Shown piece by piece: positions 1 to 7,450 of a stretch of 32,350 bases of DNA (position 1 is the first letter of the stretch; each line of letters begins with the position of its first letter). The position numbers were made by a program, and so were the translations under genes. Below the pieces are notes generated by a model. It saw nothing but the letters and a program-made list of their open reading frames with translations, did not search any database and had not been told where the DNA came from. Source of the DNA: Edaphobacter sp. (GTDB lineage Bacteria > Acidobacteriota > Terriglobia > Terriglobales > Acidobacteriaceae). The stretch spans positions 1-32,350 of the forward strand of contig DASTSJ010000188.1 of assembly GCA_035760765.1 (NCBI GenBank). Direction: 5' to 3'.

Positions 1-121
1 TCCTCGACTGCGATAGAACGTCATTCGAATGCGCTTGTGCCTCGCCCTCTTGCGAGAGGGTCCCCATCGCAGCCAGCGCCGAAAGAGCCATACAAAGTTC
101 ACGACGATTGAGAGAATTCAT
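1..121 (-). CDS. 5' part of a secreted protein with a twin-arginine (Tat)-like signal peptide; runs off the window edge
   Basis: Not in the ORF track. Manual translation from ATG at 121 gives MNSLNRRELCMALSALAAMGTLSQEGEAQAHSNDVLSQSR..., open to the edge. It has an N-RR-x-L motif, a hydrophobic stretch and an A-Q-A cleavage-like site. A TAGGAT -10 box lies 7 nt upstream. Confidence 0.7.
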   Translation of the reverse strand, partial: MNSLNRRELCMALSALAAMGTLSQEGEAQAHSNDVLSQSR

Positions 122-288
122 GCCCGCCATCCTAAACGAAACTCAGCCTCAACGCGCGGAGCGTCGATTTTTGACTCCTCATTTCACGCCCGTGTAAAAC
201 CTGGTGGACAGGAAACGCAACACTCTTCAACGGTCTGTCAGAAGATTTCTCTCCGCGACACACTCACAGCTCAACCCTGGAGTATTCC

Positions 289-669
289 ATGAGCGATGAA
301 CAAATACGCGAAGCGCTCGACGCTCACTGGCAGGCATCTGCAGCCGGAGACTTCAACGCAGAGCACGCCATCTACGACGACAATGCGATTTGTGATTACC
401 CGCAATCGGGCGAGCGAATTCTGGGTCGGAGCAATCTGCAGGCCCTGCGAAGCCATCATCCCGGAAAGCCATCCGGCTTCCAAATCAGGCGAATCCTCGG
501 AGAGGGCAATCTCTGGATCACAGAATACGCCATCACCTATCAGGCACGCTCATCCTTCACCGTAAGTATCATGGAGTTCCGCAACGGCAAGGTCATCCAC
601 GAGACACAGTACTTCGCAGATCCATTTGAAGCGCCTGGCTGGCGTAGCCAATGGGTCCAGCAACCCTGA
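289..669 (+). CDS. SnoaL-like / NTF2-family protein
   Basis: 126 aa. Pattern 'IYDDNAICDYPQSGERILGRSNL...VSIMEFRNGKVIHETQYF' is typical of the NTF2/SnoaL fold. GGAG RBS upstream. Confidence 0.85.
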   Translation: MSDEQIREALDAHWQASAAGDFNAEHAIYDDNAICDYPQSGERILGRSNLQALRSHHPGKPSGFQIRRILGEGNLWITEYAITYQARSSFTVSIMEFRNGKVIHETQYFADPFEAPGWRSQWVQQP

Positions 670-748
670 CGTAACTCCTGATAAAGATCGCATTCCAGTG
701 ACCAGCCGCCTTGCAGGACATACGCTCGGCTCTGCTAGCATGCCCGCC

Positions 749-1207
749 ATGAACAAACTTGCACCCTTCCTCTGGTTCAATGACAACGCTGAAGAAGCCG
801 CCGCGTTCTACCTGAGCGTCTTCCCCCGCGCGCGCAAGGTCGATGAGCTGCGCTCCAAAGGAGTCGGCCCGTGGCCCGAAGGCAAGATCGCCACCATCAG
901 CATCGAGCTCGAAGGCCAGGAGATGGTCTTCCTCAACGGAGGCCCGGCGCAGCAACTCACTCCTGCCTTCTCCTTCGTCGTCCGCTGCGACTCCCAGCAG
1001 GAGATCGACACCTACTGGGACGGGCTGATGGAGGGCGGCGGCCAGCCCATGGCGTGCAGCTGGCTCACCGATCGCTTCGGCCTCTGCTGGCAGATCGTGC
1101 CCCGCAACATCAGCGAGCTGGTCAGCCATCCTAAAGCCATGGAGGCCATGATGGGCATGATCAAGCTCGACATTGCCACTCTCGAAGCCGCAGCTCGCGC
1201 CGATTAA
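749..1207 (+). CDS. VOC family protein (PhnB / 3-demethylubiquinone-9 3-methyltransferase-like)
   Basis: 'KLAPFLWFNDNAEEAAAFY...LNGGP...FSFVVRCDSQQEIDTYWDGL...CSWLTDRFGLCWQIVP'. Start moved to ATG 749, which lies 7 nt after TGcTAGCAT. Confidence 0.9.
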   Translation: MNKLAPFLWFNDNAEEAAAFYLSVFPRARKVDELRSKGVGPWPEGKIATISIELEGQEMVFLNGGPAQQLTPAFSFVVRCDSQQEIDTYWDGLMEGGGQPMACSWLTDRFGLCWQIVPRNISELVSHPKAMEAMMGMIKLDIATLEAAARAD

Positions 1208-1214
1208 CTCCACC

Positions 1215-1237
1215 GGCGACCGGCTCAGTCGGTCGCC
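1215..1237. terminator. GC-rich hairpin between convergent VOC and glycosidase genes (possible bidirectional terminator/stabiliser)
   Basis: GGCGACCGGC-TCA-GTCGGTCGCC, a 10-bp stem with one G.T. The loop is the glycosidase stop codon. No U-tract. Confidence 0.45.
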
Positions 1238-4095
1238 TCCTCCACCACAACCGGGCCGTCCAGCCCCGATGGATACAGCGGCGTCTTCTCGCTGAACTTG
1301 TGTACATTCGTCTCCGTCAGCCGCTTCGACTCCGGCAAACCTGCATCGCCAATCAGCCTGTTCGGCCACAGATTGACGACCTTGATCTCCAGCGAGTTCT
1401 TCCCCGGATGGACAAACTTCGTAATGTCGATCCTGGCAGGCTTCGTCCACACTGTCCCGACATCTCTACCGTTCAAGCGCACCGAAGCCACCTCGTGAAC
1501 CTCGCCAAGATCCAGCAGGATCCGCGATCCCGCATGAGGCAATGCATCAAGCACGAAATCCTTCCTGTACCGCGCCGCGCCGGAATAGTGCTGAATTCCC
1601 CACTCCGGGCGCTTCGTCCAGTCCACCAGCGACGCGAACGTCACGTTCGCCGGCCCGCCCCACTTCGGATCGAACTCCACTCGCCACGGCCCCTTCAGCT
1701 CCTGCAAAGGATGAACCTCCGGATAGTTCGAACTAGCCGTCCCCTCCGCATGCGTTGAGATCGGCCTGCGAAACACAACAAACACCGACTCGCGCGGCCC
1801 GAATTCCAACGGCACCGTCGTTCTGCCGTCGGCCTGCGTAAACGACCGTGCATCGCGAATCTCCCCCGTCACAGGATTCCACAACTCCGGCTGCTTCCCC
1901 GCAACGCGAAACGTCGCCACAATCTTCTCCTTCGGGTCCCAGCGGCTCGCAACAAAGTAGATATCGACGTCTCCTTTCCTGCGATGAATCCAGTCAATCG
2001 TCCCTCCATCGCTCAGCCCGCTGAACTCAAAATCCGGCGGGAGCTGCAACGCACGCAAAGCCTCTTCGGCACTTCCGCTGAAGATCTTTCCACGCTCAAA
2101 CCTGTCGCTCCAGAGCGCCGCCACCGCAGCATCGAACTGGCGCTGCGCATCTGCCCTCAACACGCTTCCGGCAGGCACCGTCGGCTTCGGTCCAACAACC
2201 ACTGCTCCTCCACGAACCAGCTCTGCAATCTTCTTGAGCGCCTCCGGAGCCATCGGCGTACCTGCAGGCAACACCATCATCCGGTAGCTCATGCCGTCCG
2301 GAAGCATCAGCCTGCCATCCTTCACCGTCAGCCGATGCAGCAGACCATCCAGGCTGATATTGTCGTGGTCATATCCGGGAGCCGGCAGCGCAGGCTCCGT
2401 CTTCCTCTGCTCAATCTGCCCTATGCCGTCGCCCCGGTAATACAGCGCGTCGGCAACAAACAATCCCTGCTGCAGCAGAAATGACGTGCGCCCCAGATAC
2501 GCGTTGAACGCGGGAGTCTCATCCCACCACGTTGTATTGCGGCTGTAATGTGTCCCCGCGAAATACACATACCCTGGCTTCGCCGTCACGGAAGGCGACT
2601 GACTGTAGTTGTGGATCACGATCAGGTTGCAGCCATCCGCAAACCCCTGGTCGCCCGTATTCTTCATCTCAAAAAACGAGTCTTCCCAGTGGGGCCCAAC
2701 CGACGTAAAGCTCTCGCAGCCCAGCAGCCGCTTGCCATAGATATGTCCAGCACTCGCTGTATCGCGCATCAGAAATCGACGATCTGGCGTAGGACGGTGC
2801 GGCGAAGGTACCCAGAACTCGCCCATTGGAATCTCGACGTGGCTGACGTCCATCTGCGGGTCGAGCTGCCCCGAATTCGGCCCCGCCGCCTCGGAATAGA
2901 ACTTGAGCCCGTTGCGCTTCGCAATCTCCTCAAGATGCCCATAGTGATTTTTCGCAATCAGGTCCGCAATCGTGCGGTAGTAATCGCGACGAACGCCCTC
3001 GGCCTCTCCTGCACCGCCCATCTCCTTCCCCGCCAACGCAGGCAGCCAGCGCACCAGATCGTATCCTCGCAACTGCGCAAACTCTTCCGGGAATTTTCTC
3101 GTCCATGTGGTCGGCCCCGCCTCCCAGCTATCGTCCTCCACCCCGTACAGCCCTTTGCGCTCCGCAGGTGTCATCTCGCTCAGCAGCCTGCCCATGGTGA
3201 TCTCCCACGTCTTGTCGAGAGCCTCGCTGCTCATACCATCCGTAAACAAACCCCAGGCATTCCTCATCCCCGTAGGCTCGTAGGCAAATCGCAGCACCTT
3301 CCACGCACCTGCAGGAACATCCCACGCGAGGCGCTCATTCGCATCCACCTTCCCAGTAAGGTCGATCACCTCATCCGCGCCGAACCGCTCACGATCCGGC
3401 ACAGCCAGCACCGCAATCTCGTGCCTGTACTTCGCAACATCCGGAACCGTGAACCTCTCCGCCACCAGCGAGTGGACGGCCTTCTCGCTCGGTCTCATCA
3501 CGTTCTTCGGTTCGGCCAGTACCTCATCCAGACGCATCGGCCCCTTCACCGCAGTCTCCGACCACACCAGCTTCTGCTGCGAATCCTCAAGCGGTATATC
3601 TCCCGAGGTACTCGCCAGCCCCACCGTCACCACCAGCTTCACCCCCACGCGGCCCGCCTCCCGCGCTGCCCAGCGCACCAGTTCGCGAGACTCCGGCTGC
3701 CACGACGGCATCGGTGGATACGGCACCTCCGTGAAGTGGGCCCCCTGGAAGTCCATCGTCTTCTTCTCGACGTACCCCTTATCGCCAAGGACCATCTTGC
3801 TCGCACCCTGCATCTCATGGCCGACGCCGCTGTCGTACAGAATGGCTCCCGCAATTCCCTTGGCATGCATCGCTTCAAGGTCCGCCGTAATCGCAGCGCG
3901 ATTCGACCGCACCCGTAGCCACATCCAGAAAACCCAGGGCCGGGCCTCCGCCGGCGGTGTATGAAAACCCTCATCCAGCGAAGAGGCCTGAACCGAAGCG
4001 CGCGGCTGCGCACCAACAACAGGAACAGCCAGTACGGTGGCCAGAACACCTGCACCACAACCGAATCGTCGCAACAAAAGGCGGGCCTTATTCAT
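1225..4095 (-). CDS. Secreted glycoside hydrolase, GH106 (alpha-L-rhamnosidase-like) with C-terminal GH2-type sugar-binding domain
   Basis: 956 aa with a signal peptide. Motifs 'RPWVFWMW', 'ITADLEAMHAKGIAG', 'DSWEAG', 'PMGEFW', 'ESFTS', and C-terminal 'LDLGEVHEVASVRLNG...VVNLWPNRLIGD...SGLDGPV'. Confidence 0.85.
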   Translation of the reverse strand: MNKARLLLRRFGCGAGVLATVLAVPVVGAQPRASVQASSLDEGFHTPPAEARPWVFWMWLRVRSNRAAITADLEAMHAKGIAGAILYDSGVGHEMQGASKMVLGDKGYVEKKTMDFQGAHFTEVPYPPMPSWQPESRELVRWAAREAGRVGVKLVVTVGLASTSGDIPLEDSQQKLVWSETAVKGPMRLDEVLAEPKNVMRPSEKAVHSLVAERFTVPDVAKYRHEIAVLAVPDRERFGADEVIDLTGKVDANERLAWDVPAGAWKVLRFAYEPTGMRNAWGLFTDGMSSEALDKTWEITMGRLLSEMTPAERKGLYGVEDDSWEAGPTTWTRKFPEEFAQLRGYDLVRWLPALAGKEMGGAGEAEGVRRDYYRTIADLIAKNHYGHLEEIAKRNGLKFYSEAAGPNSGQLDPQMDVSHVEIPMGEFWVPSPHRPTPDRRFLMRDTASAGHIYGKRLLGCESFTSVGPHWEDSFFEMKNTGDQGFADGCNLIVIHNYSQSPSVTAKPGYVYFAGTHYSRNTTWWDETPAFNAYLGRTSFLLQQGLFVADALYYRGDGIGQIEQRKTEPALPAPGYDHDNISLDGLLHRLTVKDGRLMLPDGMSYRMMVLPAGTPMAPEALKKIAELVRGGAVVVGPKPTVPAGSVLRADAQRQFDAAVAALWSDRFERGKIFSGSAEEALRALQLPPDFEFSGLSDGGTIDWIHRRKGDVDIYFVASRWDPKEKIVATFRVAGKQPELWNPVTGEIRDARSFTQADGRTTVPLEFGPRESVFVVFRRPISTHAEGTASSNYPEVHPLQELKGPWRVEFDPKWGGPANVTFASLVDWTKRPEWGIQHYSGAARYRKDFVLDALPHAGSRILLDLGEVHEVASVRLNGRDVGTVWTKPARIDITKFVHPGKNSLEIKVVNLWPNRLIGDAGLPESKRLTETNVHKFSEKTPLYPSGLDGPVVVEEATD

Positions 4096-4210
4096 CCAGA
4101 CAGTCTATTTCCGCTCGCCTGCAACTGGCTGGGTGTGCAACTGTGGTACTGCCTCGTGCCCTCAGGGATACGCGTTGGCGAAAGCGCACATCGCATATCC
4201 CGACGCCCTC

Positions 4211-4256
4211 CCGCAGTGTCATCCTGAGCGAGCAAAGCGAGTCGAAGGATCTGCGG
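4211..4256 (+). repeat. REP-like palindromic repeat, copy 1 (TGTC-tagged)
   Basis: ccgcag-TGTCATCCTGAGCGAGCAAAGCGAGTCGAAGGAT-ctgcgg, with ATCCT/AGGAT and CCGCAG/CTGCGG arms. Shares 17 identical nt (AGTCGAAGGATCTGCGG) and the 5' GTGTCA(A)TCCTGAG with 5986-6037. Confidence 0.75.
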
Positions 4257-4555
4257 TTGAACTCCTCACAAAGCTGTCAAGTCCCAAATCCGCTTAACCC
4301 ATACCATTTCAACTACATCTCATGTGCCGTTCAGTACCACTCCGTCCGGTAAACTTAAGAGTAGAAAGAATCCGGGTAGTTGGCGTATTCGGCACCGGAC
4401 GAACCAGTAAGCCCAATTTTTCGAATACTTTACAGCAAGTAAGCAGGAAAACATTGGACTTTCAGCAGAAACCAGCACGGAAGTCCGGATCTAAGTCATT
4501 TCGTTAGAAGACTTTGCACAAAATAGTGGGGGGATACCCCACACCCAAAACGCCT

Positions 4556-5416
4556 ATGCTCATCGACTCACACGCCCATCTCGACTTCTACACAACGCAC
4601 CCGACCGAGCGCGACGAGGTTCTCGGTCGCGCCTGGGACGCGGGCGTACGGACCATCCTTGCTATCGGCATCGGCCAGAACCCCTCCGAGATGCACCTCG
4701 CGCTCGATCTCGCGAACAGCGTCACCGGCGACCACCAGCCGAGTGTCTTCGCCAGCGCCGGAATCCATCCTGAGCAGGCCCACAACGCCACCTCCGACGC
4801 ACTCGCCGAGCTCACCCGGCTCGCCCGGAATCCCCGCTGCATCGCCATCGGCGAGATCGGCCTCGACTACTACCACCTCGAAAATCCAGACATTCCCACC
4901 CAGCAGAAAGCCTTCATTGACCAGATGAAGATCGCCGTCGACATCCAGAAGCCGATCATCATCCACTGCCGCACCTCAGAGCTTGCCACCCCGCAGGCTA
5001 AGTTGAAGTACGGCCCCGCCGACGCCGCAGCCGACACCTACAGTCTCATCGAAGAACACTTCCGTCCCAGCGGTCTGCCCGGCATCATGCACTGCTTCTC
5101 GGGCACGGTGGAAGACGCCCGCCGCGCGCTCGACCTCGGCTTCTATCTCTCCTTCGCCGGGAACCTGACCTACCCCAAAGCGCAGAGCATCCGCGATGCC
5201 GCAGCATTCGCCCCCGCAGACCGCATCCTGGTCGAGACGGATGCGCCCTTCCTCGCACCCATTCCTCTCCGCGGTCAGCGCAACGAGCCCGCCTTTGTCG
5301 CCCACACCGCGGCAGCCCTCGCGGACCTGCGCGGCATCTCACCCGAAGAGCTGGCAAACCTCACGACAGAGAACTTCTACCGTCTGTTCCCTTCCACTCG
5401 AGCCCAGCAGTCCTGA
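4556..5416 (+). CDS. tatD: TatD family metal-dependent hydrolase/DNase
   Basis: 'MLIDSHAHL', 'AGIHP', 'AIGEIGLDYY', 'IIIHCR', 'GIMHCFSG', 'LVETDAPFLAP...RGQRNEP'. Start at ATG 4556. Confidence 0.95.
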   Translation: MLIDSHAHLDFYTTHPTERDEVLGRAWDAGVRTILAIGIGQNPSEMHLALDLANSVTGDHQPSVFASAGIHPEQAHNATSDALAELTRLARNPRCIAIGEIGLDYYHLENPDIPTQQKAFIDQMKIAVDIQKPIIIHCRTSELATPQAKLKYGPADAAADTYSLIEEHFRPSGLPGIMHCFSGTVEDARRALDLGFYLSFAGNLTYPKAQSIRDAAAFAPADRILVETDAPFLAPIPLRGQRNEPAFVAHTAAALADLRGISPEELANLTTENFYRLFPSTRAQQS

Positions 5417-5455
5417 CATAATAGAACCCGATCAATCTCTGAGAAGGAAAATTAC

Positions 5456-5956
5456 ATGGCATCCGATAACAGCTTCGACGTCGTCAGCAAGGTAGAGCTT
5501 CAGGAAGTAAAAAACGCAATCGATCAGGCCTCTAAAGAAGTGGGGGCGCGCTTTGACCTGAAGGACTCCAAATCGAAGATTGAGCTTGAAGGCACCGAGG
5601 CCATTCAACTCGCCTCGCAGGATGAGTACAAGCTCGAAGCAGTCAAAGAAATCCTCTCCCAGAAGCTCGTCAAGCGCGGAATCTCTCTCAAGAATCTGGA
5701 GTACGAGAAGGTCGAGCCGGCATCGGGATCGTCTGTCCGGCAGAAGATCAAGCTCAAGCAGGGCATCAACTCCGACGCCGCCAAAAAGATCGTCGCCGCC
5801 ATCAAGGACTCCAAGCTGAAGGCCCAGGCCAGCATCCAGGGTGACACCGTTCGGGTCGTCTCCAAAGACCGCGATATTCTCCAGCAGATCATGGGCAAGC
5901 TGCGTGCAGGCGACTACGGTGTGGAGCTGCAGTTCACCAACTACCGCAGCAACTAG
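5456..5956 (+). CDS. yajQ: YajQ family nucleotide/cyclic-di-GMP-binding protein (DUF520)
   Basis: 'SFDVVSKVELQEVKNAIDQA..E...RFDLK', 'KAQASIQGDTVRVVSKDRDILQ', 'LQFTNYR'. AAGGA RBS and CATAAT upstream. Confidence 0.95.
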   Translation: MASDNSFDVVSKVELQEVKNAIDQASKEVGARFDLKDSKSKIELEGTEAIQLASQDEYKLEAVKEILSQKLVKRGISLKNLEYEKVEPASGSSVRQKIKLKQGINSDAAKKIVAAIKDSKLKAQASIQGDTVRVVSKDRDILQQIMGKLRAGDYGVELQFTNYRSN

Positions 5957-5985
5957 CACCTTGGCCAATCGATCACCTTTTGAAG

Positions 5986-6037
5986 GTGTCAATCCTGAGT
6001 GAAGCGACCGCAGGCAGCGTAGTCGAAGGATCTGCGG
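5986..6037 (+). repeat. REP-like palindromic repeat, copy 2
   Basis: GTGTCAATCCTGAGTGAAGCGACCGCAGGCAGCGTAGTCGAAGGATCTGCGG. Same orientation and conserved ends as copy 1, with a longer middle. Confidence 0.75.
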
Positions 6038-6076
6038 CTTTTTCAGGCAACGCCATAAGGACCGCATCGTTTTTGC

Positions 6077-6111
6077 TCGGCTCGAAAATCTTGGTGCGAT
6101 TTTCGAGCCGA
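6077..6111. repeat. Perfect 14-bp inverted repeat upstream of polyprenyl synthase
   Basis: TCGGCTCGAAAATC-ttggtgc-GATTTTCGAGCCGA. Confidence 0.8.
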
Positions 6112-6151
6112 CCGAACCGTTCGATAAACATCCTGTTACTCTGATTTCAGG

Positions 6152-7153
6152 GTGAGTACTCTCTCCATTGCGACCGCTGGTGAAGTGTTCGACCTTCTCC
6201 GTGAAGACCTTGCAGCTATCGAGCAGGAGTTTTCGAAGCAATCTGCTTCAAACGTCGCCGTCATTACCGACATCGCTGAGTACCTGATCGCTGGCGGCGG
6301 CAAACGTATCCGCCCTTTGCTTCTCCTGCTCGCCGCGAAGGCGCTTGGCTGCACCGGCTATAGCCGCATCCGCCTTGGAGCCGTCGTCGAGATGCTCCAT
6401 ACCGCGACGCTCGTCCATGACGACATCATCGACGAGGCCGACACACGCCGCGGACGCCCCTCGTCCAACACCACATGGGGCAACTCCAAATGCGTGCTGG
6501 CAGGCGACTGGCTCTACATGCAGGCCTTCTCGTCAGCGCTCGAGGAGCGCAACTTTCACGTCCTGGACCTGCTCATCTCCCTCACCCAGCAGATGGTGGA
6601 AGGCGAGCTGCTCCAGATCGAAAAGCTCGGGCACCTCATCAACGAAGAAGAGTACTTCGACCTCATCTATCGCAAGACTGCCTGCCTCTTCAAGGTCTCC
6701 ATGCAGCTCGGCGCGGCGATCACGCCGCACGACTTCGGCGACCCGAATATCGTGGAAGCGCAGCTCGGAGAGTACGGTCGCAACCTCGGCCTCGCCTTCC
6801 AGATCGTCGATGACGTCCTCGACCTGACTGCAGCCGAAGAGATTCTCGGCAAGCCGGTTGCAAGCGACCTCCGCGAAGGCAAAGCGACACTCGCCGTTAT
6901 TCACGCCCTTGAGCGCGGCACCGGAGCAGACCGCGAAGCCATCCGTACCGTCCTTGCGGACCGCAGCTTTGCACGCGTCTCGCATGCCCAGATCCTGGAG
7001 ATTCTCCGCCGCCACGGATCCATTGAGTACGCAATGGACACGGCCTGCGCCTACGCGGAAGCCGCCCGTCAGTCGATCGTGGACCTCCCGCCGTCCGACG
7101 CGAAACGAGCGCTTCTCTGGGTTCCGGGCTTCGTCACCAGCCGCGACCGCTAA
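6152..7153 (+). CDS. Long-chain polyprenyl diphosphate synthase (IspB/HepT-like)
   Basis: 'GGKRIRP', FARM 'LHTATLVHDDIIDEADTRRG', SARM 'FQIVDDVLD', 'GKPVASDLREGKATL'. Ala five residues before FARM suggests a long-chain product. GTG start. Confidence 0.93.
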   Translation: MSTLSIATAGEVFDLLREDLAAIEQEFSKQSASNVAVITDIAEYLIAGGGKRIRPLLLLLAAKALGCTGYSRIRLGAVVEMLHTATLVHDDIIDEADTRRGRPSSNTTWGNSKCVLAGDWLYMQAFSSALEERNFHVLDLLISLTQQMVEGELLQIEKLGHLINEEEYFDLIYRKTACLFKVSMQLGAAITPHDFGDPNIVEAQLGEYGRNLGLAFQIVDDVLDLTAAEEILGKPVASDLREGKATLAVIHALERGTGADREAIRTVLADRSFARVSHAQILEILRRHGSIEYAMDTACAYAEAARQSIVDLPPSDAKRALLWVPGFVTSRDR

Positions 7154-7185
7154 GCCAGAACGTACGCCTCGTTGAGGCGGAAGAG

Positions 7186-7449
7186 CTACTCCCCGTCTTC
7201 CGTATCGTCGACGATCTCTTCGTCGAGATCGGTCTCAATCTCAAATTCACGTGGCTGCAGCTTGCCATCGGACTGGCGCATCAAGATCTGGATTCGCCCT
7301 TCCGCGGCCTCAAGCTCCTGCCTGCAGCTTTCCGAGAGTTTCATCCCTTCCTCAAACAGCCGAACAGACTCGTCCAGAGGAAGATCACCCTCTTCCAGGC
7401 GGGCTACGACCGCTTCCAGATCGGTCAGCTTGCGCTCAAAGTCTGCCAT
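7186..7449 (-). CDS. xseB: Exodeoxyribonuclease VII small subunit
   Basis: 'FERKLTDLEAVVARLEEGDLPLDESVRLFEEGMKLSESCRQELEAAEGRI', followed by an acidic tail. Confidence 0.95.
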   Translation of the reverse strand: MADFERKLTDLEAVVARLEEGDLPLDESVRLFEEGMKLSESCRQELEAAEGRIQILMRQSDGKLQPREFEIETDLDEEIVDDTEDGE

Positions 7450-7450
7450 G

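Noticed and set aside
29-292. 87-aa plus-strand ORF
   Set aside because: No recognisable motif, and it overlaps the better-supported minus-strand Tat-signal gene and its promoter.
2548-3918. 456-aa plus-strand ORF
   Set aside because: Antisense shadow of the GH106 gene, with Arg/His/Pro-rich composition typical of high-GC off-frames.
4164-4200. Hairpin with a GAAA tetraloop as a c-di-GMP-I riboswitch
   Set aside because: Lacks the GGCAAAC / GACGCAAA core and the second stem, and pairs better on the minus strand upstream of a leaderless promoter.
3957-4507. Short ORFs across the GH106-tatD intergenic region ('VILSEQSESKDLR', 'CHPERAKRVEGSAV')
   Set aside because: These are translations of the REP-like repeat and flanking non-coding DNA, with no RBS or domain evidence.
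4211-6037. Repeats as a CRISPR array or composite transposon ends
   Set aside because: Only two short copies ~1.8 kb apart, with no spacers, cas genes, transposase or visible target-site duplication.
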